A stretch of 64,000 bases of DNA from Paludibacteraceae bacterium (GTDB lineage Bacteria > Bacteroidota > Bacteroidia > Bacteroidales > Paludibacteraceae): assembly GCA_024399965.1 (NCBI GenBank), contig JAKSNJ010000007.1, positions 2,436 through 66,435 of the forward strand, read 5' to 3'. The position numbers and the translations under genes are program-made. Of the stretch, positions 63,016-64,000 are shown piece by piece. Below the pieces are notes generated by a model. That model made no database searches and was not told the DNA's origin. It saw only the letters and a list, made by a program, of their open reading frames with translations. Positions within the stretch are counted from its first letter, which is position 1, and each line of letters begins with the position of its first letter.

Positions 63016-63534
63016 TTATTTCTGTATTTCTCCTTCAAAAACGTAACTATTCACCGCGTTTTTCTTCTTCCCCGGGTGAGCAGGATCGGGTATCTTGTCC
63101 GCAAAAGCGCACGCAAAACGTACTTTTTTCTTGCCATCGAAGGTTCTGCCGGCAAAGGCGGCCCCCATGGGGTTGGTCTTCATGTCGTTGTTGAAGACGA
63201 TATCTTCACCTGCATGCACGATATTGGCAACAGATGTCTTGGTCCATGTGTCCGTAGAGCCGGGCAGTTCGCCACGATAAATAGTGATTTCCCCCATGTA
63301 GTGTGTGGAGTCATTATCTTCTATTTCGATGTCCTTTATCTGCAACGTACCCTCTACGCCATAGAGATAGCCATGTTCGCCAAAAGTAGTGTCGGACGAT
63401 GCCACAGTCCACGTCCCCACATATAGTCCGGCTGCGTCGGAAGCAGGACGATTGGGGTAAGTCACCTCATCTTGTTTGCAGCTTGCCATCATAACGATGG
63501 CTGCTGCACAAAATATATACATTAATTTCTTCAT
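63016..63534 (-). CDS. Hypothetical surface lipoprotein (PUL accessory)
   Basis: Lipobox MMASC. 172 aa. It lies directly downstream of a SusD-like gene. Confidence 0.6.
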   Translation of the reverse strand: MKKLMYIFCAAAIVMMASCKQDEVTYPNRPASDAAGLYVGTWTVASSDTTFGEHGYLYGVEGTLQIKDIEIEDNDSTHYMGEITIYRGELPGSTDTWTKTSVANIVHAGEDIVFNNDMKTNPMGAAFAGRTFDGKKKVRFACAFADKIPDPAHPGKKKNAVNSYVFEGEIQK

Positions 63535-63553
63535 AATCGTAATGGATTAAAGG

Positions 63554-64000
63554 TTATTTATTGGTCCACGTTCCACCCCACTCTTGGTTTTGCTCGTTTT
63601 CGGAGATGGCCTCATTGGCATTGATTTCTGCCTGTGGGATAGGACGATACATCTTAGGTGTTTTTCCTTTGAGCAGGTCACTGAATACTTGGTTATACTC
63701 AATCAATTTACCCGTACGGTGCAGGTCCATCCAGCGATGCCCCTCGCCAAAGAGTTCGCGAGCACGCTCGTCCAAAATCAAGTCAATGGGCGAGAGGGTA
63801 TAATTCTGATACGGCAGCAAATCTTTCCATGCCGGTTGGTACGAAGCGAAGTCGGCAATGTCTTCCACGCCGGCACGTGCGCGTACCTTATTGATAAGTG
63901 TCAGCGCGTCGCCTGTTTGCCCCGACTTAAATTGAGCTTCTGCCTCCACGAGGTATATATCACTCAGGTGCAGCAGCACGATATCGCGATAGTCGTTTGC
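63554..64000 (-). CDS. RagB/SusD-family nutrient-binding outer-membrane lipoprotein. C-terminal part only; the 5' end is beyond the window.
   Basis: ..IYLVEAEA....G....AL..IN.VR.RAG.., ..ILDERARELFGEGHRWMDL.R and ..RPIPQ.EI..N.. are typical SusD C-terminal motifs. Confidence 0.85.
   Translation of the reverse strand, partial: ANDYRDIVLLHLSDIYLVEAEAQFKSGQTGDALTLINKVRARAGVEDIADFASYQPAWKDLLPYQNYTLSPIDLILDERARELFGEGHRWMDLHRTGKLIEYNQVFSDLLKGKTPKMYRPIPQAEINANEAISENEQNQEWGGTWTNK

Overview
A 64-kb chromosomal segment from a Bacteroidota genome that looks Prevotella-like. The taxon call rests on canonical TTTG-N20-TAnnTTTG promoters, a SusD-type PUL gene, GldD, the lack of Shine-Dalgarno leaders, and ATGA-style gene overlaps. 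Most of the window is tightly packed housekeeping DNA:

- An alpha-glucan/glycogen gene string (GH77 MalQ, GH57, GT4, debranching enzyme, ManC) with a porin, a Clp ATPase and thioredoxin.
- rpoD, ileS, an AsmA-like protein and dcp.
- A thiM-thiE-thiD operon behind a TPP riboswitch.
- rpsT, topA, panD, tgt, an LptF/G permease, pepD and ansA.
- secG, an LptE-like gene and a sigma-54 activator.
- rpe, xseA and a phosphohexomutase.
- The end of a PUL.

I found two tRNAs (Arg-UCU, Glu-UUC). Each sits between a promoter and a protein gene. I saw no CRISPR array, transposase, integrase or prophage genes.

Points worth a second look:

1. A family of degenerate 7-bp tandem micro-arrays of 3-7 units at more than 14 sites. 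They lie at gene boundaries and also in frame inside dus, ileS and an AroA-like/GT2 fused ORF.
2. A roughly 230-bp intergenic repeat in three copies. Two copies are joined to a conserved upstream module plus an outward promoter.
3. An AT-rich two-gene island with an SPPY DNA methyltransferase and an unassignable 354-aa partner. The partner is translationally coupled to an orphan response regulator.
4. A second AT-rich island with a RhuM-like gene, a secreted protein and a roughly 150-bp imperfect palindrome.
5. A 55-aa mini-rubredoxin ORF that is missing from the ORF track.

All functional calls come from reading motifs by eye. No database search was run.
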